DNA of 64,000 nt, from the IMG/VR virus record IMGVR_UViG_3300031853_000019, positions 1 through 64,000 of that record; one strand, 5' to 3'. Made by a program: the position numbers and the translations under genes. The stretch is from a virus (lineage: Duplodnaviria; Caudoviricetes). Positions 15,450 to 26,662 of the stretch are shown here, piece after piece. Position 1 is the stretch's first letter. Every line of letters begins with the position of its first letter. The notes under the pieces were generated by a model. The model had not been told where the DNA came from, did no database searches, and was given only the letters and a program-made list of their open reading frames with translations.

Positions 15450-16013
15450 CTACTTTCTGTACCATGTGGTTCCAAATTCGGTTGTGCAGATAATAGCGGC
15501 TTCATCATCGAGTTCCTCTTCATCTTCATCATTGGATAAGTTATGAATAAAGTAAAACTCCATGATTGCAGACTGAAGTTCATCCCAGAAATCTGCCACC
15601 ACTTCAGGGTATTCCATCATGAACTGTGCTGCCCAGCGGGTAGCCATAAATTCATCAGGGATAGCATGGTACCAATCTGCTCTAAGCTGGTCATCTTCAA
15701 TCTCTGTAAGTGCTTCCTTCTGATACTCGAAATACTCAAGCTCCTCTTCTGTCCACTCATCATCGGTCATTATATGACCTAACTCATGGAAGAAAAGCCA
15801 TAAAAAGGGATCTGCCTCAATACCAACATAGCGGCTATAAGCATCATTTGTGAACTCAAGAAGAGAATCCTCACTAACAGCAAGAGTAAAACCAATCTCT
15901 CTTGACTCGCAACGAGCCTCAAAGTCCTCATTCCAATATGCGGTTGCATCGAACTGCTCTAAGAACTTGTTTACGATATTCAAGATCTTGTCCATACCTT
16001 CTAAAACTGCCAT
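15450..16013 (-). CDS. acidic HExxH metallopeptidase-like (ImmA/IrrE-like) protein
   Basis: FFHELGHIM...E.MATRWA. Confidence 0.55.
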   Translation of the reverse strand: MAVLEGMDKILNIVNKFLEQFDATAYWNEDFEARCESREIGFTLAVSEDSLLEFTNDAYSRYVGIEADPFLWLFFHELGHIMTDDEWTEEELEYFEYQKEALTEIEDDQLRADWYHAIPDEFMATRWAAQFMMEYPEVVADFWDELQSAIMEFYFIHNLSNDEDEEELDDEAAIICTTEFGTTWYRK

Positions 16014-16242
16014 AATTCTTCACTCCTTTTGTTCTCTCATTTACTATAATTATTATATAATAATTTTTTATAAAAATAAAGCGGAGTAATAATACTCCGC
16101 TAAAATTAAACCTCTATTTTCTTTGGGTATGTATAGCAAACATAAAAAGGTTTGCGTCTATATATCGGCACTTCCATGTCTTTAGCAAGATAATATTCAT
16201 GTCGTACACGATTATCTTCTTGTATTGTTATATGTTGCATAG

Positions 16243-16983
16243 TTATACCTCCTTAGGATAAACTTTGCCTTTGTTATCATGAAACATATCATCCATTACC
16301 ATAATATAGGTCTTATGGTCAAGAATTGTGTCGAAATAGTTTGTCATCCATATTACTATATCCATGCCGTTAAAGTAGAAATCTGCGACGTTTGGCACCT
16401 TGCGCTGCTCAGGGCTTGATTTATAGTATCTTTTAGCGACTTCCCGCATCCATTCTTTAAGTTCTGAACCCTTATATGGCTTGTTCAACTGACAGAAAGT
16501 TTGCATTTTACTCCTCCTCTAATAGAAAGATTACAAAATAAGAATTTGTTGCATCCTTATCATATACCACATCAATAGCCTGTCCTCCGTCATCATTATT
16601 AAGAGAGAGATCGAGAAGATGCCAAGGAATGTCTAGGACGCTTCCTTCATAGATCGGATCTTCTTCATCATTAATCCAAATTTTACAGTAACTAAGACAG
16701 TTAAGATACTTGATAATTTTCTTTAACTTCATATAAATCACACCTCCTAGAAATCATCACCCATAGCCTCATGAACAATAGGTCTAACATCTAAAAGAAA
16801 TTGAAGAAAATAATTCCCATCAAACTCTTCATGATCTCTTTCATAGAAATCAACTAAGCAACCAATCAAGGCTGTAAAATAAGGCATTGAAAGATCCTTT
16901 ACATCATCATAAAACTTCATACCCTTGTTTATAAGATTCTCACACTCTCTTTTATTAAGTTCATCCATAATTACACACCTCAT
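16243..16983 (-). CDS. three small hypothetical ORFs (16243-16506, 16508-16741, 16747-16983)
   Basis: ORF track; tightly packed with RBSs. Confidence 0.65.
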
Positions 16984-17041
16984 TCTTTCTTTATTATATA
17001 ATAATTATATAATATTTTTTTATAAAAATCAAAAAGAAGGC

Positions 17042-17932
17042 TTACGCCTTCTTAATGATACATCTGCTAAACTGGGTCTGAAGCACTCCCATATATTCAG
17101 TATGTTTCTTTACAGTTCCAGAGAATTCTACCTGGTCGCCGTCCTCAAGATCATTTAATCCAGACTGAGTGAACCATGTAGCGACATTCCCGCCAATCTC
17201 AAAAGTATAAAGGAAAGAGGAACCCCACTCACCATTTACTACTCTTGCACTTTTAAATACTGCGGGAACTTTGCGGATGCGCTCTCCAATTTCTCCAATA
17301 TGCTGAGATACAGATTTCTCTTTATTGCGGGAAGCTATACACTGCGCCACATCAGCCTTGAACTCATCAAGAGCACCAGACTTGATGTAAGGATATTTGG
17401 AGTTAGGAGTCCACTCAAAAATGGAATCGAACTTTGCTTCGTACAAAAATCCACCATCGGGAAGCTCAAGATCTTCAGGAAGATTTGAAGTACCAAAGTA
17501 CCAGCCAAAACCATTGTGGTATCTTGCCCCCTTCTCCTTGAGATAATCCTTAATCTCATAAGTGTTGCATCCAACGGGGAAGAAGAAAAATTCATCTTCT
17601 CCAATACCATGATCCTTTAACCAATTCTTGCGGTTAATCTCTGCCATGGCGCGTGCAGCTTCCGCCTTCTTCTCGCGTGTGGCAGCGTTTCGCGCTTCCA
17701 TCTTATCTACTTCTTCTTTTGTATATGCGCGAAAGTCCTTGTAGGTAATAGGATTATTATTACACTTAAAGCATATTCCCTGATCCACATGCCCAAAATA
17801 ATCAATTACTCCTTTTCCATTACATCTAGAACATATTTTTTTACAATGAGCATATGTTTTATTATCTTGAGTATAAGTATTTATAATTTCCCAGCCATTT
17901 GCTTTGTTAGAAGGAGCTAAATACCATTCCAT
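17042..17932 (-). CDS. Zn-finger plus C-terminal OB-fold hypothetical protein
   Basis: CSRCNGKG...CFKC; C-terminal beta-rich GEWG...TWFT...SGTVKKHTEY.G..QTQFSR. Confidence 0.55.
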   Translation of the reverse strand: MEWYLAPSNKANGWEIINTYTQDNKTYAHCKKICSRCNGKGVIDYFGHVDQGICFKCNNNPITYKDFRAYTKEEVDKMEARNAATREKKAEAARAMAEINRKNWLKDHGIGEDEFFFFPVGCNTYEIKDYLKEKGARYHNGFGWYFGTSNLPEDLELPDGGFLYEAKFDSIFEWTPNSKYPYIKSGALDEFKADVAQCIASRNKEKSVSQHIGEIGERIRKVPAVFKSARVVNGEWGSSFLYTFEIGGNVATWFTQSGLNDLEDGDQVEFSGTVKKHTEYMGVLQTQFSRCIIKKA

Positions 17933-18023
17933 AAATAACACCTCTTTCTTTTACTTTTCTCATTTACTATATATATTATATAAAAATTTTGCAAAAAAAT
18001 AAAGTGGAGCCTTAAAGCTCCAC

Positions 18024-19043
18024 TTATAACCACTTATCCTCGATCTTTCTAATATCTTTTTCAGTCAGTGTTGAGAGATTAAGACCACAATCTTCACAGA
18101 CACTCTCGAAGATATATCCAGGGACGGTTTTCCCTGCGTATCCACGACGCTTCAATTCCCGCCCAATCATATTTAGCTTTCCTTCTTTTGTCTTAACGAC
18201 TCCTGTGCCAGAAGCCTCATTCATATATAACCAATAGTCCAATCTCATTTCCGCACCTCCTTAATATGATTCATAATAAACATATCTTACATCATCAATA
18301 GAAAGGAAATCTTTGTCTGCAAGTGTTAACGCAGCTTCTATTGTCTGCGCTAATGATTTAAATATATTTCTTGCATTTTCATCTTTCCCTTTATCCGCCA
18401 AGAGATAAAGATAAGGAAGAGAAATAACATGCCAATCAATAGTTTCTTCATCTTCATAATAGCTTTCATCAACACCCATTTCATCAAGGGTTAATTCATT
18501 TTCAAGCTCGATCTTTTCTCTCATAGAAAGCACTGATTCGATGTTGCACAAAGCTTTAACATATGCAGTCCCGCCCCAAATACTTACGTGTTCATTTTTC
18601 TGATTAAAGAGCGGGAGCAGGGTATAATCTCTACTTGCCCCTTTATACTGTATGAATCCATAAATTTCACAACTCATAATACACACCTCTTTCTTTATTT
18701 CTATATATATTATATAAAAAATTTTATAAAAAATAAAGAGGAATTATTTATGTTTCATTTACTCCCCGCACCATGCAATACATTGAGGGCTTCCATATTT
18801 TTCTATATAGTCCTCATTACCAAATCGTTTTATACAAACATGTCTTACATTCTTCCATCCAATTCTATCATCATTTCCAAGTGATTTTCCAATTACAATA
18901 TCTTCTATGGAAAACCACTCTTTTCCCGGTTTATCGTTCCATATTTTATAGATATACTCTTTCATTTCATCAATCGTTGCAAATTCTCTAGCTTCTGCCA
19001 TTGAATCTGCTAATCCTCCTCTATGAGGTCTATATTTAATCAT
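18024..19043 (-). CDS. three hypothetical ORFs (18024-18248, 18261-18677, 18759-19043)
   Basis: ORF track; RBSs and promoters upstream. Confidence 0.65.
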
Positions 19044-19773
19044 ATGTTTTTATCCTCGCTTTCCTCCATCTTTACCCCGCAATTAGGACAATATTTATAT
19101 GAATAAACATCCGCCCTCATTGTGTTGGATATAATTTTTCTACATTCTGAACAATGCCAATTTCCTATATTTGGATTACTATCATATTGGGTCCATTCCC
19201 AATATCCGGTCTTTGACTCTTGTGGAATCAATTTCTCAAACACTTCTATCGGTATTCTTATCGGCACTTCTACAATAGTAGGTGCTTTCTTAATCATATC
19301 TGCAATCAGTTCTCTACTGTCAAGTCTATCTCTCCATGCGTGTTCGATTAGTTCGTCTGCATCAATTAATCTCATTCTTTTACCTCCTGCATCTTTGCAC
19401 CACAGTTAGGACAATAATTCATCCCGTTGTTCCATGGTTCGCCGTCTATGGTTGTCCAACCATCCCCGCAAATGGAACAATCATAATCTACCTCCCCATC
19501 CCATCTGTCCTTTTTTATCCACTGCCCCATCTTTGGCTGTGACGTGACGGATGGCAAGTTTTTAATGAATCCAGCAGTAATCGCATCATTGTTGGCTTTT
19601 CTTTTGTACATTTCATCAAGCACCGCTTGTCTGCTTATTGCATCCTCACAAGATTCTTGCTCTAAGGCATTAGTAACAATATCACAAGCTGTTAGATATT
19701 CTTTGTCCCATCCTTTACTATTGGCATACATCTTTAATTCACCTATATAAATCTTTACTTCTTCATTTGTCAC
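19040..19773 (-). CDS. two zinc-ribbon small proteins (19040-19375, 19372-19773)
   Basis: CSEC/CSIC...YCPNCG motifs; overlapping stop/start codons. Confidence 0.7.
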
Positions 19774-20507
19774 TCCTTATCCTCCTTATTCCTATATATA
19801 TATTCAGGTTTATCAGGAACCACATAAGGAAAAGTTATATTTATATGAGAGTCCTTACATGTATACCAAATCTCTCCATCATCAGTAAATACTTTTCCAT
19901 TAATATTGTATGCAGTACCATCTTCGTCTTTAAACACCGCAGAATATCTTTTGTTTTGTAGACGACCGCCTCCAATATCATTCCATTCATCATCTTCACC
20001 TGTTAATGGTGAAAGAGGCTTAAACATTGCAAGTCTACTGAAAGCATCAATAACATATGGTGCAGTAAATCCAGTATGACCCTGAGAAGCAAACAACTCG
20101 ATCAAATCTAAGATTGCCTTTGTTGCAAAATTATTATAAGCTTCTCCAGAATCAATCATTCCAATTCTTTTAAGTTCGTCTTTTGCATAATTAACTAAAT
20201 TACTCATTCCTCGTCCCTCGCTTCTTGTCTTTTACTTATATTTATTATGTATCATTATCTCGTCAACAATCTTTCTCAATACTTCATTTGTGTGCTGATT
20301 TTTGTCAATTCCACTTTCTGTTATTATCTCATGGATATATGATTTAACAATTTCTGCGTCCCGTTGTCTTTCTTGTTGGCACCTTTTTGCAATAGCAGAT
20401 GACCAACAATGATAACAATTGTTGTAAAACTGCTCTACTTTACAATCTTCATCATTAAAGATATTTTCAAATCCTATATCTTTAGGACAATGTATATCTC
20501 GCATCAT
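19770..20507 (-). CDS. two hypothetical ORFs (19770-20207, 20232-20507)
   Basis: ORF track; coupled start/stop. Confidence 0.65.
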
Positions 20508-20680
20508 TACACCTCATACTTTTCGCTTTTATGATTTTATCAAGACAATCCTGACATAATTCTATTTTTCCCCCATCCGCCCTCGTACCATATCCACCAA
20601 AATCGTTTTGCTTTATATTTATACTTGATTTTTGCATCAGGCTGGTTATGTTTACATATATCACAAACATGTATTTTCAT
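20482..20680 (-). pseudogene. frameshifted paralog of 21375..21554
   Basis: MKIHVCDICKHNQPDAKIKYKYKAKR... switches frame at GGGGGAAAAA to KIELCQDCLDKIIKAKS. Confidence 0.6.
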
Positions 20681-20681
20681 A

Positions 20682-20957
20682 TTATCTCTCCTTGTCTGCT
20701 TCTATGATTGTTGGTGTTGCACCAATATCTGGTGTACTTACTGTTGTGCAACATCCATCACTTTCCCAAATACAATCTTTCTCATAAACAATTTGATTCA
20801 CGTCAATCAATCTTCCATGTCCTTTTGGAAGTGGAGTGCCGTCACGAATTGCTTTTGCCATTTCACATACATCATTTACTGCTATTTCATTATCTTCTAT
20901 GTCATTGTCAAATAATCTTGTGAATACATTTTCGTCTATATCAATTACAATCTGCAT
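20682..20957 (-). CDS. hypothetical, paralog of 21556..21879
   Basis: MQIVID...PKGHGRLID...PTIIEADKER in both. Confidence 0.75.
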   Translation of the reverse strand: MQIVIDIDENVFTRLFDNDIEDNEIAVNDVCEMAKAIRDGTPLPKGHGRLIDVNQIVYEKDCIWESDGCCTTVSTPDIGATPTIIEADKER

Positions 20958-20958
20958 T

Positions 20959-21378
20959 TTATTTCACCTCTTTCTGTAGACTCATAATATCGTCAGCAAG
21001 CCCTTCTATTGTTTGGTCACATCTGACGTTGTTGTCATACAGAAGATCTATTAGTTCGCTAGAGTCAATAAGGTTTTGCTCTAATGCTTTGATTGCTTGT
21101 TGAAAATACTCATACCCCTCTTTACTGATAGACTTCACGCCCTCGCTTTCTGCCTTGTATTTATCAAGAATTCCTAATACATATGATCTACTTATGTAAA
21201 TGCCATCGTATACTACGACTTCTTCAATCTCGGCTCTTATCTTGTCGAGCACCTTATTCTTATCATGTTCACATACTCCACTAGATACACATGGCTTGTT
21301 GATGAATGGATCTTGCTCTAAAGCATCGATTCGTTTTTCTAATTCTTTTATTTTGATTTTCATTTGTTGATGTGTCAT
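20959..21378 (-). CDS. hypothetical phage protein
   Basis: ORF track. Confidence 0.65.
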   Translation of the reverse strand: MTHQQMKIKIKELEKRIDALEQDPFINKPCVSSGVCEHDKNKVLDKIRAEIEEVVVYDGIYISRSYVLGILDKYKAESEGVKSISKEGYEYFQQAIKALEQNLIDSSELIDLLYDNNVRCDQTIEGLADDIMSLQKEVK

Positions 21379-21554
21379 TCCTTATCCTCACTTTTCGCTT
21401 TTATGATTTTATCAAGACAATCCTGGCATAATTCTATTTTCTCCCAACCACGACATTCATACCAAAAGTCCCAAGCCCTTTTAGCACGATATTTATATTT
21501 GATTTTTGCATCAGGGATATTACACTTACATATATCGCAAACACGTATTTTCAT
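21375..21554 (-). CDS. small CxxC protein
   Basis: MKIRVCDIC...ELCQDC. Confidence 0.7.
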   Translation of the reverse strand: MKIRVCDICKCNIPDAKIKYKYRAKRAWDFWYECRGWEKIELCQDCLDKIIKAKSEDKE

Positions 21555-21555
21555 A

Positions 21556-21879
21556 TCATCTCTCCTTATCTGCTTCAATGATTGTCGGTGCATTTACAAT
21601 AGTTTGTTGACAACACTCAAATCCGTTTTGGTCATACATCCTACCAAACGGCAAATAGTCTTTGTCTTTCTTTTCCCATACATCCTCATGGTTATAAAAA
21701 TTAGTCCATGCCGTTGCAAGAGTTTTATCAGCATCAATCAATCTTCCGTGTCCTTTAGGAAGTAAGGTGCCCTTCAATACCGCAACAATAAGTGTATATC
21801 TATCGTATGGTCTTGCTTCGAAAGTGCCATCTTCTATATGCTTAATAATATTTTCTGATACATCAATCACAATCTGCAT
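21556..21879 (-). CDS. hypothetical, paralog of 20682..20957
   Basis: shared N- and C-terminal motifs. Confidence 0.75.
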   Translation of the reverse strand: MQIVIDVSENIIKHIEDGTFEARPYDRYTLIVAVLKGTLLPKGHGRLIDADKTLATAWTNFYNHEDVWEKKDKDYLPFGRMYDQNGFECCQQTIVNAPTIIEADKER

Positions 21880-21893
21880 TTTTACTCTCCTTT

Positions 21894-22406
21894 TTACCAA
21901 TTCTGCTTAATCACAAGATGATTGCCGCCACACTTTCTGCATCTACAAGAGCTAAGATTCTTTAAAGTCTTGCACATGCGGGAATACCCGCCAATCATCT
22001 TAATACAATCTACGCAATAAACTTCATATTTATATTTTTCTTTCTTAGTGTAACCTGCCTCAAGATCATTAACTGCACCATCATGAGTGCAGTTAATTTC
22101 TGCGCATTTCCGCTTAAACATAGCATCATGACCATGCTTTTCCCCTGTTGTTACAAAGAGATAGTAATGCGCATACTCATGCTTGATTACATTAATAATG
22201 TCGTTATCTGTTCCATTCTCAAGGAGAGCTGCGGAAAATTCAATAGCATTAACAGAAAGAACCGTTCCTCGAAGAGAAGTAAACTTAACTCTTCCAAGAG
22301 TGGTACTAAGTCTGCCATTGGCGGTGATAGGCTCCTTAATGGGGGCAATACCATCTGTTTCCGCAAGTTTATTTAATTCTGTGATAACTCTTTCTATTGT
22401 CCACAT
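21894..22406 (-). CDS. SprT-like metalloprotease with Zn ribbon
   Basis: NGRLSTTLGR; KHEYAH; GHDAMFK; CVDC...CRKC. Confidence 0.85.
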   Translation of the reverse strand: MWTIERVITELNKLAETDGIAPIKEPITANGRLSTTLGRVKFTSLRGTVLSVNAIEFSAALLENGTDNDIINVIKHEYAHYYLFVTTGEKHGHDAMFKRKCAEINCTHDGAVNDLEAGYTKKEKYKYEVYCVDCIKMIGGYSRMCKTLKNLSSCRCRKCGGNHLVIKQNW

Positions 22407-22740
22407 AATTCTGCTCTCCTTTTCATTTTTCTATAATAATTTTATTATAAATTTTTATAATTGTCAAACGCAGTATCAGGGGGCGGGTTCCCGCAGGATT
22501 TGATTTTCAATAAAAATTTTAGTATAATTATTATAGTAAAAATATGAAAGAGGTGTATATTATGATTAAAGCACGAAATTGGAACGAACAGTTATGGTAT
22601 TTACGATTTAATTGGTAGCGGGAAAGCTGGCTTCATGCCGCGCAAGGCAAAATTTCCCGCCAGTTAAGCAAAAAGGGCAAAAATAAAGTTCGGGAGTTAG
22701 TCCGAAAAATGCGAAATTACGAGTAGAGAGGTGTTAAATT

Positions 22741-23192
22741 ATGTATGAAAGTTATACAGATTGGAAGTTAAGACAGCCGCCGCATCATGTTAGAGTTATG
22801 ATTAAGTTTGAAGATGGCGGAAGATATATAGGGTATTCAGATGGTTTTGGTTATCTCCATCTTGAAACTGGGAAGATTGTTAGTGAAACGGTTTCCCGCC
22901 CGCTTGAATGGAAAAAGATTGAAAAAGATGAATGGGGGAACTATGTATGGTAAGCATGATTATCACTTGGGTAGTGTTTTTAATTGGATTTTTGCTCTTG
23001 TTTTATCTTGTAAGTAAAGTATATAAGGCGGTATTTGCAAGTGCAGCCGCAACTGATATTCTTTTTGGCAAGAACAGACAAAAAGTAGAGGAGCTAGAGA
23101 ATAGAATTAAAGAACTTGAGAAACTACTTGAAAATACAAAAGTAAGTTGTGATGACTTTTGTAAAACTATATATGATTCTTATGATGAATAA
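22741..23192 (+). CDS. two small ORFs (22741-22953; 22932-23192 with TM helix and coiled coil)
   Basis: ORF track; plus-strand promoter at about 22500-22528. Confidence 0.6.
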
Positions 23193-23346
23193 TGAGAGGG
23201 CGCGTTTTTGCGCCCTTTTTATTGCGGGGTAGCTAGATTAAGGGGTAGGTGAATCGGCTTTCGCGCATTTTTGTTTAATTTATAAGGGGGTATTTTTATA
23301 TTTTATAGGGGGTATTAAAAATCCACAAAAAGGAGGTGGAATTTAA

Positions 23347-24141
23347 TTGACATTGCAAGAATTATGTAGGGAGTATAAACTTACGGAAAATACTGTCAAA
23401 AAGAATTTTAGTAGAGTTCAAAAAAACTTTTTGGATAAACAAAATCTTGTTCTTACTAAAACTGGTAGAGGGGAAAATGTTAATTACACTGTTGAACCTA
23501 ATACTGATGATAGAAGAGCTTCCCGCATGATAGAAGAAGCTAAAACTGAAATTACTTTATCGCAAAAACAATTTACTGATTTGGTTGATTTTAATTTCAT
23601 TATATTTTTGGGTATATGTATGACTCCAATGACTACTTTTTATGGTAATTATAATCAGTTTTTAGATTATGTAGAGGTTAAGAAAAGTAGTAATAATATA
23701 GAATTGTTAAAAGAAGGTTTAAAGTTCCTTGCCGCAGAGGAATATATTAGATATGATGTAGATAAAACTAATGAAGATTATTTCTGGGCTGGTTTATATT
23801 ATAAGACAAGATCAGAGATGGCTATTGGGATTGATATGGTGCAAAGATGTCAATTAATTGCCGCAAAGAATAAGAAGAAAAGCTGGGTGCCGCTATTAAA
23901 GACTTGGTTGGGGATACAATATGTATATGATAAACAGCCTTTTACTATGGCGAGATTGAGTGAAGTTACTGGGTTGAGTGTTTATCAGATAAGGGAAAGT
24001 AAGAAGTTATTAGAGAAGGATAATTTGTTTATTACATCTAAGGCATATATAGCATATGATAAGTGTATAGGCAGTAATGTAGAGTTAAATGGAATTAATG
24101 AAAGTAATAGGAATTTTGTGGAAAATAAGCAACGGACTTAA
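23347..24141 (+). CDS. HTH-containing protein (replication/regulatory, unassigned)
   Basis: AGGAGG RBS, TTG start; N-terminal HTH-like and C-terminal FTMARLSEVTGLSVYQIRESKKLL. Confidence 0.55.
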   Translation: MTLQELCREYKLTENTVKKNFSRVQKNFLDKQNLVLTKTGRGENVNYTVEPNTDDRRASRMIEEAKTEITLSQKQFTDLVDFNFIIFLGICMTPMTTFYGNYNQFLDYVEVKKSSNNIELLKEGLKFLAAEEYIRYDVDKTNEDYFWAGLYYKTRSEMAIGIDMVQRCQLIAAKNKKKSWVPLLKTWLGIQYVYDKQPFTMARLSEVTGLSVYQIRESKKLLEKDNLFITSKAYIAYDKCIGSNVELNGINESNRNFVENKQRT

Positions 24142-25185
24142 CCAATATATAAATCTTATTATTGTTCAAGACGGTTGCTTAATTTCCACAGATTTGCTTG
24201 ATTTTGCAGAGGTGAATTCCACATTTGGGGAATTTCGACAAATTGATGCAGATATTGGAGATTAATTAGAATTGAGAGTGAATTGGGAGAAATTGGAGAT
24301 GGGTGGTGACCCGACCTACCACCCTCAACACCTTCTCAACACGGTATAACGTCCGTTATCGTCTTCCATAATTCCTCAACTTGAAATTTTAGAAAATTTT
24401 TTATATAATATATATATGATAAGTGATTAACAGTTATTGCTTATTATTTATACTCCAATTCGATGTATTACGATACATAGTTTTGTTTGTCCTTAAAACT
24501 AAAAAAAGTAAATTGACCTTTCTTTAGCCTCAGGTAATACACACCTGAGGTTTTCTTTTTATGTCCGTACCCCGTTGTCCCCTCCGAAGGAGGGGGCAAC
24601 TTTTTGATTAAAGAGGGTTTCAAGTATAAATATTATCCCATTATATTATATAATAATATATTATAAAAATCAAATAACCATTTATGGGAACCATATTATA
24701 TGCCCGTGCAGGCGGGAATCGCTTGCAAACAACTGGCGGCCAGATCCATATTCCATAGGGCGGGCGGTAGCCGCCCGTTCCAAATAACCAGTGCATATAG
24801 CCATATAGGTCGGCCTACGGCCTCCCGAGAGGTGAAGAGCGCACTTTATTGCGTTAAAGTGTAACACTTTAATGTGTGATTCGGCAAAATTACTGAAAAA
24901 ATGAAAGATTTTCATAGAATTTTTGTGAAAAATGCTGAAAATTGTTACAAAAATGTTAAAAAAGTATTAAATTTGTGCAATTTGTTGAAGTTTTGCGGAA
25001 TTTTGGGAAAAATAAAGTGTATTTTTGTATATATTTTTTGAAAAAATTTTGTGTCAAGGGGTTGACTTTTTGAAAATTCGGCGCAGTACGCTCAGGAGCG
25101 CGCCGCCAAACAGATATAGCAAAAAAGGACATGGCTTTCTACCATGTCCTATCACTGTGGGTATCTATTCAGTTTTGGGGGAGGA

Positions 25186-25560
25186 CTACTCGTCCTCACC
25201 CTCGGTCTCCGCATCTGCGGAAACCTCACCATAGAGCATCTTGCCCTTTACCTTAGCCTTAGCAACACCCATCTGCTTGAGGAGTGCGCTTGCTCTCTGG
25301 CAAGATACATCTACCGCATTACCAATCTCGGTAGCAGTTGCGGAACCCTGTGCATCAAGGAACTCCGCAATACGAACCTTGATTTCGTCATTCTCAATCT
25401 GACGCTTAGAGGGTTTATCGCTCTTAGCATACTTCTTATCAAGCTGGGCAATCATTCTCTCTGCTACCGCAATCTCGTCTGCGGTAAAAACATCTGCCAT
25501 ACCTACTACCTTAGCAAGTACATCTCTCTTAGTTACACCAGTAATTCTAGCCATAGTCAT
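25186..25560 (-). CDS. winged-helix DNA-binding protein, paralog family member 3
   Basis: VTKRD...AERMIAQLDKK...ATATEIG..VDVSCQRASALLKQM. Confidence 0.65.
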   Translation of the reverse strand: MTMARITGVTKRDVLAKVVGMADVFTADEIAVAERMIAQLDKKYAKSDKPSKRQIENDEIKVRIAEFLDAQGSATATEIGNAVDVSCQRASALLKQMGVAKAKVKGKMLYGEVSADAETEGEDE

Positions 25561-25604
25561 CTACCTCTTTCTTTCTTTTGTGATGTTTTCTGTTTACATT
25601 AGTT

Positions 25605-25633
25605 ATTATAACAAATTTTTAAGTGTTTGTCAA
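25605..25633 (-). promoter_or_regulatory. cassette promoter; one of more than 20 minus-strand TTGAC-17-TATAAT promoters between 25.6 and 38.9 kb
   Basis: TTGACA-aacacttaaaaatttgt-TATAAT; plus-strand signature attata...tgtcaa recurs upstream of almost every small ORF. Confidence 0.8.
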
Positions 25634-26069
25634 GCACTTTTTTTTATTTATATTAGAGGGCGGTTTCTAGGCGACTCGTGGTGCCGTATCTAGTCTAGGG
25701 CAAGTACACAGAAACCTTCCACGCAAGTATGTGTTTTAACTGCTCACCGCTTCCTTTAATATCTTTACCTTACATAAGTAATTATATCAGATTTTTTAGT
25801 AATTGTCAAGAAGTTTTTTTAATTCTTTTTTATTTTTTTGGCGGGTAGGATGTTTTGCATCCTTGTGTACCCTTGTTCCTGTATTCATATTATACCATAC
25901 TCTCTTGCTCTTGTCAAGAAGTTTTTTCTTATTTTTTTCAACCATTTTTGTTTTCCTTTCTTTCCCTTACCTTGTAAATACATTATAACAAAAATTTTTA
26001 TGGTTTGCAACTTGGAATATTGCACAAATTATGGGAATAAAATTTGTGCAATATTTTTCCATTTTTCTC

Positions 26070-26179
26070 TTGACAAAAATCCCAGCGTGTGTTATAATGG
26101 AATTTCACGCGGTTTGCAGCTTTAGCGTCCGCAAACCGCGCGCCCAATAAAAAAGAACGGCTCTTTTCCTGAGCCGTTC
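26070..26179 (+). promoter_or_regulatory. promoter-hairpin-terminator unit 1
   Basis: TTGACA 26070, TGnTATAAT 26093; 10-bp stem 26108-26140, 13-nt loop; terminator 26155-26179. Confidence 0.8.
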
Positions 26180-26192
26180 AGATGGTGACCGC

Positions 26193-26570
26193 CTAGGCTT
26201 TAGGCGGTCTGTGTTTGGTGAGTTTCATGGTGTACTCGCTACCCTTGTAAGTGAAGGCGACCTCGGTTTCGGTCTTAATTGCCTTGACCTCTGCGCCCTT
26301 ATTTTCAAGAAGTTCGGCAACCGCCTTGAGTAAGTAGCCTTTGATTTCATCCACCTTGCGCTCCCTTGTACTAGGTTTGCGCTTGCGGTCTGACTTCTCG
26401 TATCGTCTTTCGGACTTAATGGAGTTGACCGCCTTTTCAGTTTCCTCACTAGGCTTGATTTTACCGCTTTCCTCAAGAATCAAGTCGCAAGCCTCTGTGA
26501 TACTACACTCTAAACTTTCAACATACTTGTCAATGAGGGCATCATCAACATCAAAACCCTTATACTGCAT
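26193..26570 (-). CDS. hypothetical phage protein
   Basis: ORF track; GAGGTG RBS before MQYKG. Confidence 0.7.
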   Translation of the reverse strand: MQYKGFDVDDALIDKYVESLECSITEACDLILEESGKIKPSEETEKAVNSIKSERRYEKSDRKRKPSTRERKVDEIKGYLLKAVAELLENKGAEVKAIKTETEVAFTYKGSEYTMKLTKHRPPKA

Positions 26571-26662
26571 TTGCAACACCTCTTTCTTTATTTGATACAC
26601 TAATTATAGCATACCTTTAGGGGATTGTCAATAGGTATTTTTGATTTTTTGCACTCTACCCT

